A program made the position numbers and the translations under genes. A stretch of DNA of 64,000 nucleotides from Candidatus Caenarcanales bacterium. Lineage in GTDB: Bacteria; Cyanobacteriota; Vampirovibrionia; 2-02-FULL-35-15. The stretch covers positions 17,305-81,304 of the forward strand of contig JAGVKQ010000022.1 in assembly GCA_020050435.1 (NCBI GenBank), written 5' to 3'. Of this stretch, positions 8,744 through 18,367 are shown piece by piece (positions within the stretch are counted from its first letter, which is position 1; the number at the start of each line of letters is the position of its first letter). Under the pieces are notes generated by a model. It did not search any database, was not told where the DNA came from, and saw only the letters and a list, made by a program, of their open reading frames with translations.

Positions 8744-11038
8744 TCAAGGTGCAATATTACTATCAACCTCTTTATATTTCTTTTTAAAGAAACCACCCAT
8801 TTTGGGTTGCTCTTCTGTTGGCATTACTGGTTGTGCTGGTTCGGCTGGTTCTTGCTGAATTATATCCATTGGTGTAGGTGGTTCTTCAACCCTTGGTTCT
8901 TGAACCATAATGTTTATATCTTGTTCTAGATTGTCAGGATTTAAGATGACGTCACGTTTTGTTTCTTCTATAATATCTGCTTTGTTTTCATTGTCTTCAG
9001 GATTTTCTTTTTCATCTAAATCATCTTTCAATTCATCTTTATTGAAAAGTGGTCCGCTAAACAATCTTGAGAAAGGTCTAAATCTTTTTGCACCATCTGG
9101 TACTGGTGCAAAGTCAACAGGTTCTGTACCTGGGAAAAATCGACGTTTAACAGGATGTGATGTATAAGGTGTAGCTAAAAGTCCAGTAAGTGGATCTACT
9201 AATAATTCTTTCATAGATGCTTCATCTGGAAATGCGCCCGGCAAAATATCTTTATCTGCATAATATGCCTGGTAGTATTTTTTCCATACCCTGGCTACTA
9301 TAGCTCCTCCAGTTACACCTTTTCCAAAAATTGGTTTAAAGTGGTCATTTCCACCCCATATAGCTGTGGAATAATCAGGAGTAAATCCAATAAACCAAAC
9401 ATCCCTTGATTTATCTGATGTTCCAGTTTTTCCCGCAACAGGTCGATCATCAAGCTTTGCAAGAGTTCCAGTACCTCTTTTTACTACATCTTGAAGTATG
9501 CTAACAAGAACTGATGTTGATCCAGTAGAGGCTGCTCGTATGGGTACAGGATCATTTTTTTCTATGATTCTCTTTTTGGGATCTTCAATTTTTCTAATCA
9601 AAATAGGTTTTATATAAATGCCGCCTCTTGCAAAAGTAGCGTAAGAAGCAGCTGCTTCTAGTGGAGAAATAGCAGCACTACCTAGAGCTAATGATAAGTT
9701 TGGTTTAAGTTCAGTTTCAATACCACATGCTCTTGCCATTTTTATAACATTTTCAATACCAACTTGTTTGGCAACTTTTACGGCTGGAATATTTCTCGAT
9801 TTTACTAAGGCTTCTCTGATAGTAATGGTTCCTAGGAATGAACCATCAAAATTCTTTGGCTCCCAAACCATGTCACCATCGGGGTAAGACACTTTGGCAT
9901 CTTTAATTTTTGTACTTGGATCAATTAACCCCGCTTCAATAGCAGCTAAATAAGTAAATGGTTTAAATGCAGAACCAATGGTGTGCGGATTTGTAGCTCT
10001 GTTCCATTGGTGTTTCCAATAATCTCCAACCCCACCTACAAGAACTCTTATTTGTCCTGTTCTTACATCTACAGAAGCAAGAGCATATTGTGTAACTCCT
10101 GAAGGTGCATTTTTTATTTCTTCGTTTAGTATTCTTTCTGCTTTGATCTGAGCATCAGGATCTAATCCAGTGTAAACTTTATAACCTTTTGCTTTCAATT
10201 TTTGAATATCAAATCTTACTTTTAATTCTTCTAATACATATGAAAAATAGTAAGGGTAAAGTTCAAACTGACCTGGTGCAGATCTAAAGTGAAGCTTTTC
10301 TTTCTTTGCGCTTTCATATTGTTTATTTGTAATGTAACCAAACTCATGCATTTTTTTTAATACAAGATTTTTTCTTACTATGCCCTCATGCCTTTCTCTG
10401 GAAAGCTGACTGGGGGCTTTTAAAAGACCAGCTAAATATGCTGACTCTCCAAGGGTTAAATTGTTTGCACTCTTATTGAAGTATTTTTGAGCTGCTCTTT
10501 GAGCTCCATAAGCTCTACTTCCCCAAAAAACTTGATTCAAGTAAAGTTCTAAGATTTTATCTTTATTAACTTTTTTTTCCAATTCAAGCGAAAGAAGAAT
10601 TTCTTTTATCTTTCTTGAAAATGTTCTTCCTCTCTCATTTTCAGGGATTAAAAGGTTTTTTACTAGCTGTTGAGTAATGGTGCTAGCACCTTCTACAATT
10701 CTTCCGGCCTGGAGATTTACAAAAAATGCTCTTATAATTGCTGGCGGATCAATTCCGGAATGTTCATAAAAATCTTTATCTTCAATTGCTAAAACAGCTC
10801 TTTTTAAATAAGGGGATATTTCACTTAGAGGAACGACTTGTCTGTCTTCTTCCCCTTGTAAGAACCCTACAAAATTATCTTTATAATCATAAAGCTCAAT
10901 AGAACTAATGGGTTCATACTCAGTTATATTATCGAGACTGGGTAAACCAAAATAATCATTTAATGATGGAAGGGCTAAATAAGTACCTATTCCAATCCCT
11001 AAAATAAAAGCTAAAAGAAAAAGAAGTCTATTATTCAT
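8744..11038 (-). CDS. Penicillin-binding protein 1A family (transglycosylase/transpeptidase)
   Basis: EDKDFYEH, GASTITQQLVKN, SAFK, SRN and KTGT motifs; start moved to MNNRLL, downstream of the terminator. Confidence 0.93.
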   Translation of the reverse strand: MNNRLLFLLAFILGIGIGTYLALPSLNDYFGLPSLDNITEYEPISSIELYDYKDNFVGFLQGEEDRQVVPLSEISPYLKRAVLAIEDKDFYEHSGIDPPAIIRAFFVNLQAGRIVEGASTITQQLVKNLLIPENERGRTFSRKIKEILLSLELEKKVNKDKILELYLNQVFWGSRAYGAQRAAQKYFNKSANNLTLGESAYLAGLLKAPSQLSRERHEGIVRKNLVLKKMHEFGYITNKQYESAKKEKLHFRSAPGQFELYPYYFSYVLEELKVRFDIQKLKAKGYKVYTGLDPDAQIKAERILNEEIKNAPSGVTQYALASVDVRTGQIRVLVGGVGDYWKHQWNRATNPHTIGSAFKPFTYLAAIEAGLIDPSTKIKDAKVSYPDGDMVWEPKNFDGSFLGTITIREALVKSRNIPAVKVAKQVGIENVIKMARACGIETELKPNLSLALGSAAISPLEAAASYATFARGGIYIKPILIRKIEDPKKRIIEKNDPVPIRAASTGSTSVLVSILQDVVKRGTGTLAKLDDRPVAGKTGTSDKSRDVWFIGFTPDYSTAIWGGNDHFKPIFGKGVTGGAIVARVWKKYYQAYYADKDILPGAFPDEASMKELLVDPLTGLLATPYTSHPVKRRFFPGTEPVDFAPVPDGAKRFRPFSRLFSGPLFNKDELKDDLDEKENPEDNENKADIIEETKRDVILNPDNLEQDINIMVQEPRVEEPPTPMDIIQQEPAEPAQPVMPTEEQPKMGGFFKKKYKEVDSNIAP

Positions 11039-11068
11039 TGATTCATTTAATAAAAAGGCCCTTAAAAT

Positions 11069-11098
11069 TAAAAACCGGCACAAGAGCGCCGGTTTTTA
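11069..11098. terminator. Intrinsic terminator hairpin (bidirectional form)
   Basis: TAAAAACCGGC-acaagagc-GCCGGTTTTTA, just after the 11130-11594 gene. Confidence 0.75.
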
Positions 11099-11129
11099 TT
11101 ATATCTTTTAGATACGGTAAAGATACTTC

Positions 11130-11594
11130 TTAGGAAAATTCCTTTGAAGCGCCTTCAGCTGTCCACTCGATAGCATCTGGGATACCTTCGAATGCTGAAT
11201 TGAGTGTATTGCAATGTAATGGTTTTTCTAAACCAGCCCATAGACCTTTAGCAGTCCAAAGCAAGCCACCAACTACTGCATGTACTACAGCTCCAGGAGC
11301 AGCACCAAAGATAATACCAGCAAGTGTTTCGCCAGCACCGTCTTCGTCGCCTAATGCGCCTGCTACTGCTTTTGTTCCTTTAACAGCACCACGAACTAAT
11401 CCTGTTGCTGTGCCTACAAGTAAACCTGTAGCACCTGCAAGAGCACCACCAACAAGCTTGAATGGTAATCCAAGTGTCCATTCAATAACTGGTTCTGTTT
11501 TCTTACATCCTGAACTGCTTTCATCTGCTAAAGCAGCTGTAGGAATTAAAATAGTTGCAACTAATAATAGTGCAAGTAATTTTCTTTTTAACAT
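11130..11594 (-). CDS. Exported glycine-zipper-like hypothetical protein
   Basis: Signal peptide; GxxxG-rich hydrophobic segments. Confidence 0.75.
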   Translation of the reverse strand: MLKRKLLALLLVATILIPTAALADESSSGCKKTEPVIEWTLGLPFKLVGGALAGATGLLVGTATGLVRGAVKGTKAVAGALGDEDGAGETLAGIIFGAAPGAVVHAVVGGLLWTAKGLWAGLEKPLHCNTLNSAFEGIPDAIEWTAEGASKEFS

Positions 11595-11821
11595 TCTTAT
11601 TTTGCTCCTTTTTTTGATTGATTAAAATTACTTAACCTCAACCGATAATTAAAGCAAGTGATTGCCATATTGAGAGCTTGCGAATATGTATTTTTTACAA
11701 AAGTGTATGCTAATGCATTAATGTTTGATATGAAATAGGTCTTTATTTGCGTAAATTTAGTGTTTTTCTATGAATTTTCCTATTCTTTGTTTTAATTGTT
11801 ATAAAACGCATCTTTATACTT

Positions 11822-12892
11822 ATGCTAATACAAACAAAAACCATTCTGATTTTATTTATTGTTTTTTACATGCTTTGTTCTCAAAAAGCATATTCTCAAC
11901 TTTTACTTAAGGGTGGTATCCAAACATCTGTACAAAAAGGAAGTAAATTAGAAATCAAGTTGTCTGCTCCTTTAAATTTTTACTTTAGTGCAGAAGGGGA
12001 TAAAATCCAGGGACTTATAAATGAAGATATTAAAGTCTCAGATGATTTAGTGATTCCAAGAGGAAGTCTAATCTCAGGATATGTAAAAAAAATTATAGAA
12101 CCAAAACATTTCGGAAAAGATGGTTCTTTTGAAGTAGAGTTTGATGAAATTATTACACCCCATAATATTTCTATTCCAATTCAAGCAAGTACAAGTACAG
12201 ATACTAAAAGTGTTTCTGAAAAAACCGCAGATATTGTGACTTATGATTCTGCTCTAATTGCTTACGGTACTTTTAATGGGGCACTTGCTGGGCTTCAATA
12301 TGGTGGGATTCCTTTAGCAGTGTCAAGCCATGGAATTAGTGTACTTGCAGGAGCAAGTGTAGGAGCAGGAGCGGGAATAGTTGGTTCTCTAATAAGGAAA
12401 GGAAAGATTCCTATTACTACATATGGAAGTACTTCGAGCTTTCTTTTGAAAAGCAATCTTTATATATTAGGAAACCAAGATGAGTTAAAAGCGGCAAGCG
12501 GTAAGCGGACAGCGGTAATTCCAGAATACAAAGGGTTTCGATTTAATCCTGTAGTAAATAAACAGCAAGTTGAAGTGAATATTCTAAGTCATTCAAAGCT
12601 CCATGATAAAAAATATGGAAATTATATTGAAATTAAATTAAATATAAAGAATAATTCAAATCGCTCAATAAGCATTTCTGACTTTAAATTGGCAAATATA
12701 AAACAAGCAAAAAAAGAGTACTTGAATCCTGATCTTTTTTTAACAGGTCTTGAATCTTTAAAAACAATTAAACCGGGAAATGAATTAGAAGCTAAAGTCA
12801 CATATTTAATTCCTTCCAAGAAAGAAAACTACTCTATTGTTCTTGTAGATCCTTTAGATATGAATGAGATTGTAACTATAAAACTGATATAA
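11822..12892 (+). CDS. Exported protein, TrbI-like beta domain plus DUF4352-like C-terminal domain
   Basis: Signal peptide; IPRGS.I.G motif; glycine zipper; C-terminal IKNNS...DF.L...IKPG pattern. Confidence 0.65.
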   Translation: MLIQTKTILILFIVFYMLCSQKAYSQLLLKGGIQTSVQKGSKLEIKLSAPLNFYFSAEGDKIQGLINEDIKVSDDLVIPRGSLISGYVKKIIEPKHFGKDGSFEVEFDEIITPHNISIPIQASTSTDTKSVSEKTADIVTYDSALIAYGTFNGALAGLQYGGIPLAVSSHGISVLAGASVGAGAGIVGSLIRKGKIPITTYGSTSSFLLKSNLYILGNQDELKAASGKRTAVIPEYKGFRFNPVVNKQQVEVNILSHSKLHDKKYGNYIEIKLNIKNNSNRSISISDFKLANIKQAKKEYLNPDLFLTGLESLKTIKPGNELEAKVTYLIPSKKENYSIVLVDPLDMNEIVTIKLI

Positions 12893-12899
12893 TACTTTC

Positions 12900-13895
12900 A
12901 TGACTGAAAAAACAATAGAAGAAGCGGAGAAACCTGTGTCAAAAGATTGTAATTATGAAGGAATAGACTTAGATTTAATCTCATATTTTGGTGGGAAATT
13001 TATCCCGCTTCGCGAAGCAAACGTAAATATTATGACTCATGCATTTCAGTATGGTACAGGAGTGTTTGAAGGAATTCGTGGTTACTATAATGCTGAAGAA
13101 AAACAAATGTACATTTTTCGTATGAAAGAACATTATGAAAGATTACATAATAGTTGTAAGTTGATTAGATTAGAGTTAGATAAAACTGTAGATGAGCTTT
13201 GTAAGATTACTGTAGAGCTTATGAAAAGAAATAAGCCTGAATGCGACATGTACATTAGACCGAATGTTTATAAAGCAGGTATCGTTGTGGGTCCTTCATT
13301 AATAAATAAAAATGGTGGAAATCCTACAGGACTTTCTATTTGTACTATGCCAATGGGTGACTATGTAGATATTTCAAAAGGGCTTCATGTTTGCGTTAGT
13401 AGCTGGTTTCGTGTAGAGGATAATGCACTCCCTGCTCGTGGAAAAATTCAGGGAAGTTATGTGAATGCTGCACTCTCTAAGACCGATGCTTTGTTAACTG
13501 GCTTTGATGATTCTATTGTTTTATCTGGTGATGGACATGTGTCAGAAGGCAGTGCCATGAATTTATTTATAGTTCGTGATGGAAAACTAATTACTTCTGG
13601 AGTAGCTTCAAATATTCTTGAAGGAATAACCAGAGCTACTATTATTGAATTAGCTAAAAATGAATTTGGGATAGAGACTATGGAAAGACAAATAGATAGA
13701 ACTGAATTATATGTAGCTGATGAAGCATTTTTCTGTGGTACAGGTGCTCAGGTAAGCCCTATAACTAAAATTGATAATAGAGAAGTGGGTACAGGAAAGC
13801 CTGGAGCTATTTCTAAGAAATTACAAGATCTGTATTTTGATGTAGTTAAAGGTAAAAAGGCTAAGTATAAAAACTGGTGTGAGCCAGTATTTTAA
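12900..13895 (+). CDS. ilvE: Branched-chain amino acid aminotransferase
   Basis: HAFQYGTGVFEGIR, YIRP, EGSAMN, ILEGITR and FFCGTGA motifs. Confidence 0.95.
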   Translation: MTEKTIEEAEKPVSKDCNYEGIDLDLISYFGGKFIPLREANVNIMTHAFQYGTGVFEGIRGYYNAEEKQMYIFRMKEHYERLHNSCKLIRLELDKTVDELCKITVELMKRNKPECDMYIRPNVYKAGIVVGPSLINKNGGNPTGLSICTMPMGDYVDISKGLHVCVSSWFRVEDNALPARGKIQGSYVNAALSKTDALLTGFDDSIVLSGDGHVSEGSAMNLFIVRDGKLITSGVASNILEGITRATIIELAKNEFGIETMERQIDRTELYVADEAFFCGTGAQVSPITKIDNREVGTGKPGAISKKLQDLYFDVVKGKKAKYKNWCEPVF

Positions 13896-14012
13896 AATTA
13901 TCCTATCAAGAGTTTCTTTTTATTAATGATTTTTAACATTATTACTAGGAAAAGTACTTTATCTTAAAAGCTTTAAAGTCATATACTTAATAAGTAATAA
14001 GCAGGAGTATGT

Positions 14013-14585
14013 ATGTCAAAAAAAATCAATTTGTTATTTATAGTTTTATTGCTTTCAAGTATTTCACAGGCTTCTTTTTCTCAAGTTTCTCAGAAAAGTG
14101 AAACCACTACTGTAACAACTACTACTATCAATAATGCAGATATAAAACTGGAATGTCCTGGTTATGAAAAACGAATAGAAGAACTAAAGTCTAATATACA
14201 AATCTTAGAACAAAAAATAAGTGAAGAAAAGCTAAAAGGTGAAAATCTAAAGCAAGGTGTAATAGATGCAGCAGAAACTAAGATTAAAGAATTAAATGAA
14301 CAAATTACATACAATCAAGATATCTTAAATGTGTGTAATGGGAAATTAAATAAACCTGATCCTAGCAAATGTACTAATTTTGAAAAAATAATTCAAAACC
14401 TTAATTCAAATAAGCAAATCTTAGAGAAAAGAATAGCTGAAGAAAAAGCAAAAGGTGAAAATGCAATGCCATCAGTTATTGATGTAGCTGAAACTAACAT
14501 TAAAGGACTTGATGAAGAAATTGTTCGTATGCAAAAAGCATTAAACACTTGTATAGAAGTTCAGGATCCTTTAGCTAATAAGTAA
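14013..14585 (+). CDS. Exported coiled-coil protein with two Cys-bounded repeats
   Basis: Signal peptide; duplicated C..[YF]EK.I..L.SN.QILE..I.EEK.KGEN...LN.C unit. Confidence 0.8.
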   Translation: MSKKINLLFIVLLLSSISQASFSQVSQKSETTTVTTTTINNADIKLECPGYEKRIEELKSNIQILEQKISEEKLKGENLKQGVIDAAETKIKELNEQITYNQDILNVCNGKLNKPDPSKCTNFEKIIQNLNSNKQILEKRIAEEKAKGENAMPSVIDVAETNIKGLDEEIVRMQKALNTCIEVQDPLANK

Positions 14586-15762
14586 TTTTAAATATTGGAA
14601 GATCTGAACCTTGAATAAATTCATAGGAATTATCACATCGAAGTTTGTGACCTCCTGATAGAATTTTATAACTTAACCAAGAAGGTGTAATGCCTGTTTT
14701 AGAGCATTCTTCACAAGGACATGCAAGGTGTACTTCTTCTATTCCTTCAAGGTTATTAGATTTTAAGAAGTCTAAGATTCCTTTTTGTACTAGAGTAAGA
14801 AACTCTGATCCTTTTTGACCGGCAATTGTTAGATTCTTAGAGCCAAAATCACTTTTAATTATTACCTCCTTAGGATTATTAACAGGATCAGAACTAAGAC
14901 ATATTACGGAGGGATCAACATCAGTTACATATTTGCCTAGTTTTATTGCTAGAAATGGTATTGAATACCCTTCATGAAAAGTTTTTATTTTCATTGCTGG
15001 ATCTAACTTCTTTTTTGACGTTTCATACAAATGATAAGGTTGATTTATAGGAAAAATAATGTCGTCGCCGTGCTTTATTAGAACATTTAGTTTTTCTAAC
15101 TCACTTATTAGATTATCTACTTCTTCTTTAATTCCTAATTTACTCAAAATGCCAACAAATTCATTTCTGCTGACCTTCACCAACTCTTCTTTGGATCTAC
15201 CTTGGCTGGATGCTTGATTGATAATTCTCATTGCAAGATTACAAAAATAAAAATCTTTTTCTGTTATTTCCTGATTTGGTAAGTCTGTAGCTAATTTAAG
15301 AACTTCATCCCTTAATTCATCAATTCCATCATTAGAGCTACTATCTACATAAAATACATCAACCCCATTTTCTGGTTCTGGACTTTTACCAGGATCACAA
15401 TAACCACCCCTTGCCGTGTTGCAATGAGTGTCCACAGCAATAACATTTGATCTATTCGTAGGGTCAACTATTTTTTTCATTACTAACCATTGAGATCTGG
15501 CATCATCGATGTTAATTTGTTCTCTATTTATAGTTCTAGTTACTAAAAAGAGAGGATGAATTTTTCTTATAGGTTCAATTGAAGGAATAAAATGTTGTAT
15601 TTGCCCACCACAATCTATATAAACTATTCCATTTGCTTTATCTCTTGTTAAAGTCACATTAGGGGTCATAGCAGACCCTTTTTTAAAACCACTACCAGTT
15701 AATCTTCTAATGAGTGAAGTTTTACCAGCATTACCTTGTCCTATTACTGCTATAGGTTTCAT
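14575..15762 (-). CDS. Roc-type small GTPase with COR-like C-terminus (no LRR)
   Basis: P-loop GQGNAGKTS, DCGGQ switch II, THC G4 variant; C-terminal CPCEEC...LRCDNS. Confidence 0.7.
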   Translation of the reverse strand: MKPIAVIGQGNAGKTSLIRRLTGSGFKKGSAMTPNVTLTRDKANGIVYIDCGGQIQHFIPSIEPIRKIHPLFLVTRTINREQINIDDARSQWLVMKKIVDPTNRSNVIAVDTHCNTARGGYCDPGKSPEPENGVDVFYVDSSSNDGIDELRDEVLKLATDLPNQEITEKDFYFCNLAMRIINQASSQGRSKEELVKVSRNEFVGILSKLGIKEEVDNLISELEKLNVLIKHGDDIIFPINQPYHLYETSKKKLDPAMKIKTFHEGYSIPFLAIKLGKYVTDVDPSVICLSSDPVNNPKEVIIKSDFGSKNLTIAGQKGSEFLTLVQKGILDFLKSNNLEGIEEVHLACPCEECSKTGITPSWLSYKILSGGHKLRCDNSYEFIQGSDLPIFKITY

Positions 15763-15829
15763 AGATTTATCCTGTCAACTATTCTAGTAAAGAGGTTGAA
15801 AGATAGCAAATCTTTATCATAAGAAAAAC

Positions 15830-15850
15830 ATTAAATTTCTCTAATAATAC
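15830..15850 (-). promoter_or_regulatory. Conserved upstream motif GTATTATTAGAGAAATTTAAT, copy 1
   Basis: Identical to 63343-63363; 20/21 identical to 17061-17081. Confidence 0.65.
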
Positions 15851-15861
15851 AAATTAAGAAT

Positions 15862-17025
15862 TTATTTAGTAATCACTACTAAAGAGTCAGATATTACTTT
15901 TCCCTGCGCTCCTATAAATCCAGTTTGATTAGGAATAAAACGACCATCTGTATCGATATGTCCTACTCTAACATCAGACATTCTTTTTCCTAGTGATTTT
16001 AAAAATCCATGTAAAAGAGGCATGTTTTCTTTTTGAATAGTTCCTTCTATATCTGAGTGTGTAAAATTACAAAAATTTCTATCTGATGCTGCTGAAATAA
16101 CAACGTTTCCTCCTCTAACAATTAACTTTGACATTTCATCAAACCAAGTTTCTGGTATGTCTGCTACATAATTACCTACATTAGCTAGTCTTATATCGGA
16201 TACACTTTCTGGCGTTCTGAAAATATAAGGTAGATCTAAAATATCTGCTTTAACTAACTGAACATTTGTAGTTTCTGCAAAGCCTATAAAACTTCTATAA
16301 ACCTCTTCTATTAAATCTGACCTATCAACAAATGCAAATTGTCTATTTGGAAATTTTGTTGTTTCTGGAATTTGTCCAAGACCGCTAATTCCTGTGCAAA
16401 GATCTAAATGTATAAGACCATTTCTTCCAGAATTAAATACCGGCATTATTTCTTTTCTACCCTCAGCAATATTAAAGCCAAATTGTAATGATAGTAATCT
16501 AGCAATTTTTTTTCTTAATTCAGTATCATTTTGCATGTCCAAAACTGCACTTGCTATTTCTTCTACAGGTTTGCTTGCTTCTGGATTAAATGCTATGTCC
16601 ATTGCTTTTTGTATTGGGTCAGAGTGTTGTATAACACCGGGAAATTCGCTACTTGCTCTGTTTATAAAATAAGGTGCCATTTTAGAGCTTCCTTGCTGAA
16701 GGCATCTAACAACTAACATTTTTTTGTTTGGTGTAACTATGTTTTGAGAAGTTATATAAAAACAAATTTCCCCAAAGAGAACTTGATAATCTCTTTCAAG
16801 AGTATCAATTGTTTCTTCTATTTCTGTTCTTTTTGATGCTGGAAGTTTTCTTTTAAAATCAGATTTAACTTCTTGACCAAGTGTTATTAGCTCTCTTGCT
16901 AAAGTAACTTCTTTGGAAGCAAGTGTTCTGTGTACATCAGAAGTTGTAACCTGTGCTGATGCTGAAGCACTACTGTGACTAGAATCTGGTGATAAATATA
17001 ATCTTTGATTTAAACTAGTAATCAT
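15862..17025 (-). CDS. Orphan N-terminal region fused to a class I SAM methyltransferase-like domain
   Basis: HLDLCTG, FVDRS and ADILDLP motifs; Ser-rich N-terminus. Confidence 0.65.
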   Translation of the reverse strand: MITSLNQRLYLSPDSSHSSASASAQVTTSDVHRTLASKEVTLARELITLGQEVKSDFKRKLPASKRTEIEETIDTLERDYQVLFGEICFYITSQNIVTPNKKMLVVRCLQQGSSKMAPYFINRASSEFPGVIQHSDPIQKAMDIAFNPEASKPVEEIASAVLDMQNDTELRKKIARLLSLQFGFNIAEGRKEIMPVFNSGRNGLIHLDLCTGISGLGQIPETTKFPNRQFAFVDRSDLIEEVYRSFIGFAETTNVQLVKADILDLPYIFRTPESVSDIRLANVGNYVADIPETWFDEMSKLIVRGGNVVISAASDRNFCNFTHSDIEGTIQKENMPLLHGFLKSLGKRMSDVRVGHIDTDGRFIPNQTGFIGAQGKVISDSLVVITK

Positions 17026-17060
17026 GGATAAATATTGTAAATAAAAGTCTTAAATTTGAT

Positions 17061-17081
17061 ATTAAATTCCTCTAATAATAC
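17061..17081 (-). promoter_or_regulatory. Conserved upstream motif, copy 2
   Basis: attaaattcctctaataatac, one mismatch to copies 1 and 3. Confidence 0.65.
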
Positions 17082-17129
17082 CTATTTAAGGTGAGTTGGC
17101 ATTTCTGTGGAATAAAAAATATATAGTAG

Positions 17130-17513
17130 TTAAGCAACTGAAAGTTCTTCAACTAGTTTTGGTAAATTAGCAGCTTGACTGGTTTGTCTGTGAAATAAAG
17201 ACCTAAACTTTTCTAACTCCCCGTCATTAGTACCTACATTTGTAGAGTGTAAAATTAATTGTATCCATGGATAACTGCATAAGGCTTTTCTAGCAAATCG
17301 TCCACCATTTCCACCATGTTCATTAGGCATCTGAAAATCAACTACTACAAGTCCTATATCCCGGTGTTCTTTTAACTTGGCTAGTCCGTCATCAGTATGC
17401 TCAGCTTCTATTACTGTATGCCCAGCTCTTTCCAGAAATCCTTTTGCCATACGTCTTTTAACAAGACTATCATCGACAACTAATATTTTCAACTGTACTT
17501 GTGAAATACTCAT
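17130..17513 (-). CDS. Single-domain response regulator receiver (CheY-like, divergent C-terminus)
   Basis: ILVVDDS and VVVDFQMP motifs; no clear KP motif. Confidence 0.8.
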   Translation of the reverse strand: MSISQVQLKILVVDDSLVKRRMAKGFLERAGHTVIEAEHTDDGLAKLKEHRDIGLVVVDFQMPNEHGGNGGRFARKALCSYPWIQLILHSTNVGTNDGELEKFRSLFHRQTSQAANLPKLVEELSVA

Positions 17514-17577
17514 AGGGCGAAAATTATATCTTGAAAAATTTCTTAATTAGAGCATTTTTATAAAAACTTAAGATTTT

Positions 17578-18246
17578 TTATTTCTTCCTAGCCCAGACTA
17601 ATCTGCTTCCATAAGTGTTTTTATCGAATGACAAGATGTCAAAACTGGATAAGAGTCCTTTTAATTCTTCATCTGTAAAATTTCTTAGCATCATTCCTTT
17701 TCTCATGTCATCTGTGTAAACATGAGTAGAATCTTCTAATTCAAAATATTCGCCTTTGCCTGAACCTACTTGATCAAAGCATCCGAAGAAAAATCCTTTA
17801 TCGACTAAAGTTTTACTTATCTTTTCAAAAACTATTTTTGCCTGGTCATATCTAAAATGTTCAAGTGAAGAGTTTAAAACAATGGCATCAAAAGTTTTTT
17901 CTGGGAATGGCATTTCGAAAATATCACCACAAACAAAATCTATGTTTTGAATGTTGTCTTCTTTTTTCCATTGATTAGCTAAAGTTATGGCTGCTTCTGA
18001 AATATCCATACCAGTAACATCAAAATTATATTTAGATAGAAAAACTGATAACCACCCTGAACCACATGCAAGGTCTAATACTTTTTTTAGTTGAAACTTT
18101 TTAAATTTTCTAGCTACTTCGTGAATGTAAGGTAATTTAGGTGGATCTTTGTGAATCTTAGTGACCCTAGTCCATGCAGTATCCCAAAAATTTAAATTAT
18201 CTTTGTAAATCTGTTCTATATCTTGGTTGTTTTGTATTGCACTCAT
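17578..18246 (-). CDS. Class I SAM-dependent methyltransferase
   Basis: VLDLACGSG, GMDIS and FDAI motifs. Confidence 0.92.
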   Translation of the reverse strand: MSAIQNNQDIEQIYKDNLNFWDTAWTRVTKIHKDPPKLPYIHEVARKFKKFQLKKVLDLACGSGWLSVFLSKYNFDVTGMDISEAAITLANQWKKEDNIQNIDFVCGDIFEMPFPEKTFDAIVLNSSLEHFRYDQAKIVFEKISKTLVDKGFFFGCFDQVGSGKGEYFELEDSTHVYTDDMRKGMMLRNFTDEELKGLLSSFDILSFDKNTYGSRLVWARKK

Positions 18247-18250
18247 TACT

Positions 18251-18286
18251 GGTTTATGGTTGATAGTTTATGGTTTGATGGTGTAA
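18251..18286. repeat. Degenerate heptamer tandem repeat (GGTTTAT-like)
   Basis: ggtttat ggttgat agtttat ggtttgat ggtgtaa. Confidence 0.55.
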
Positions 18287-18367
18287 GGATTTCCTTAAGA
18301 TTATTAAATACTAGTATAATTTAACATAGAACAGTAAGTAATAACATGTATCTGGAAGATAATAGGA

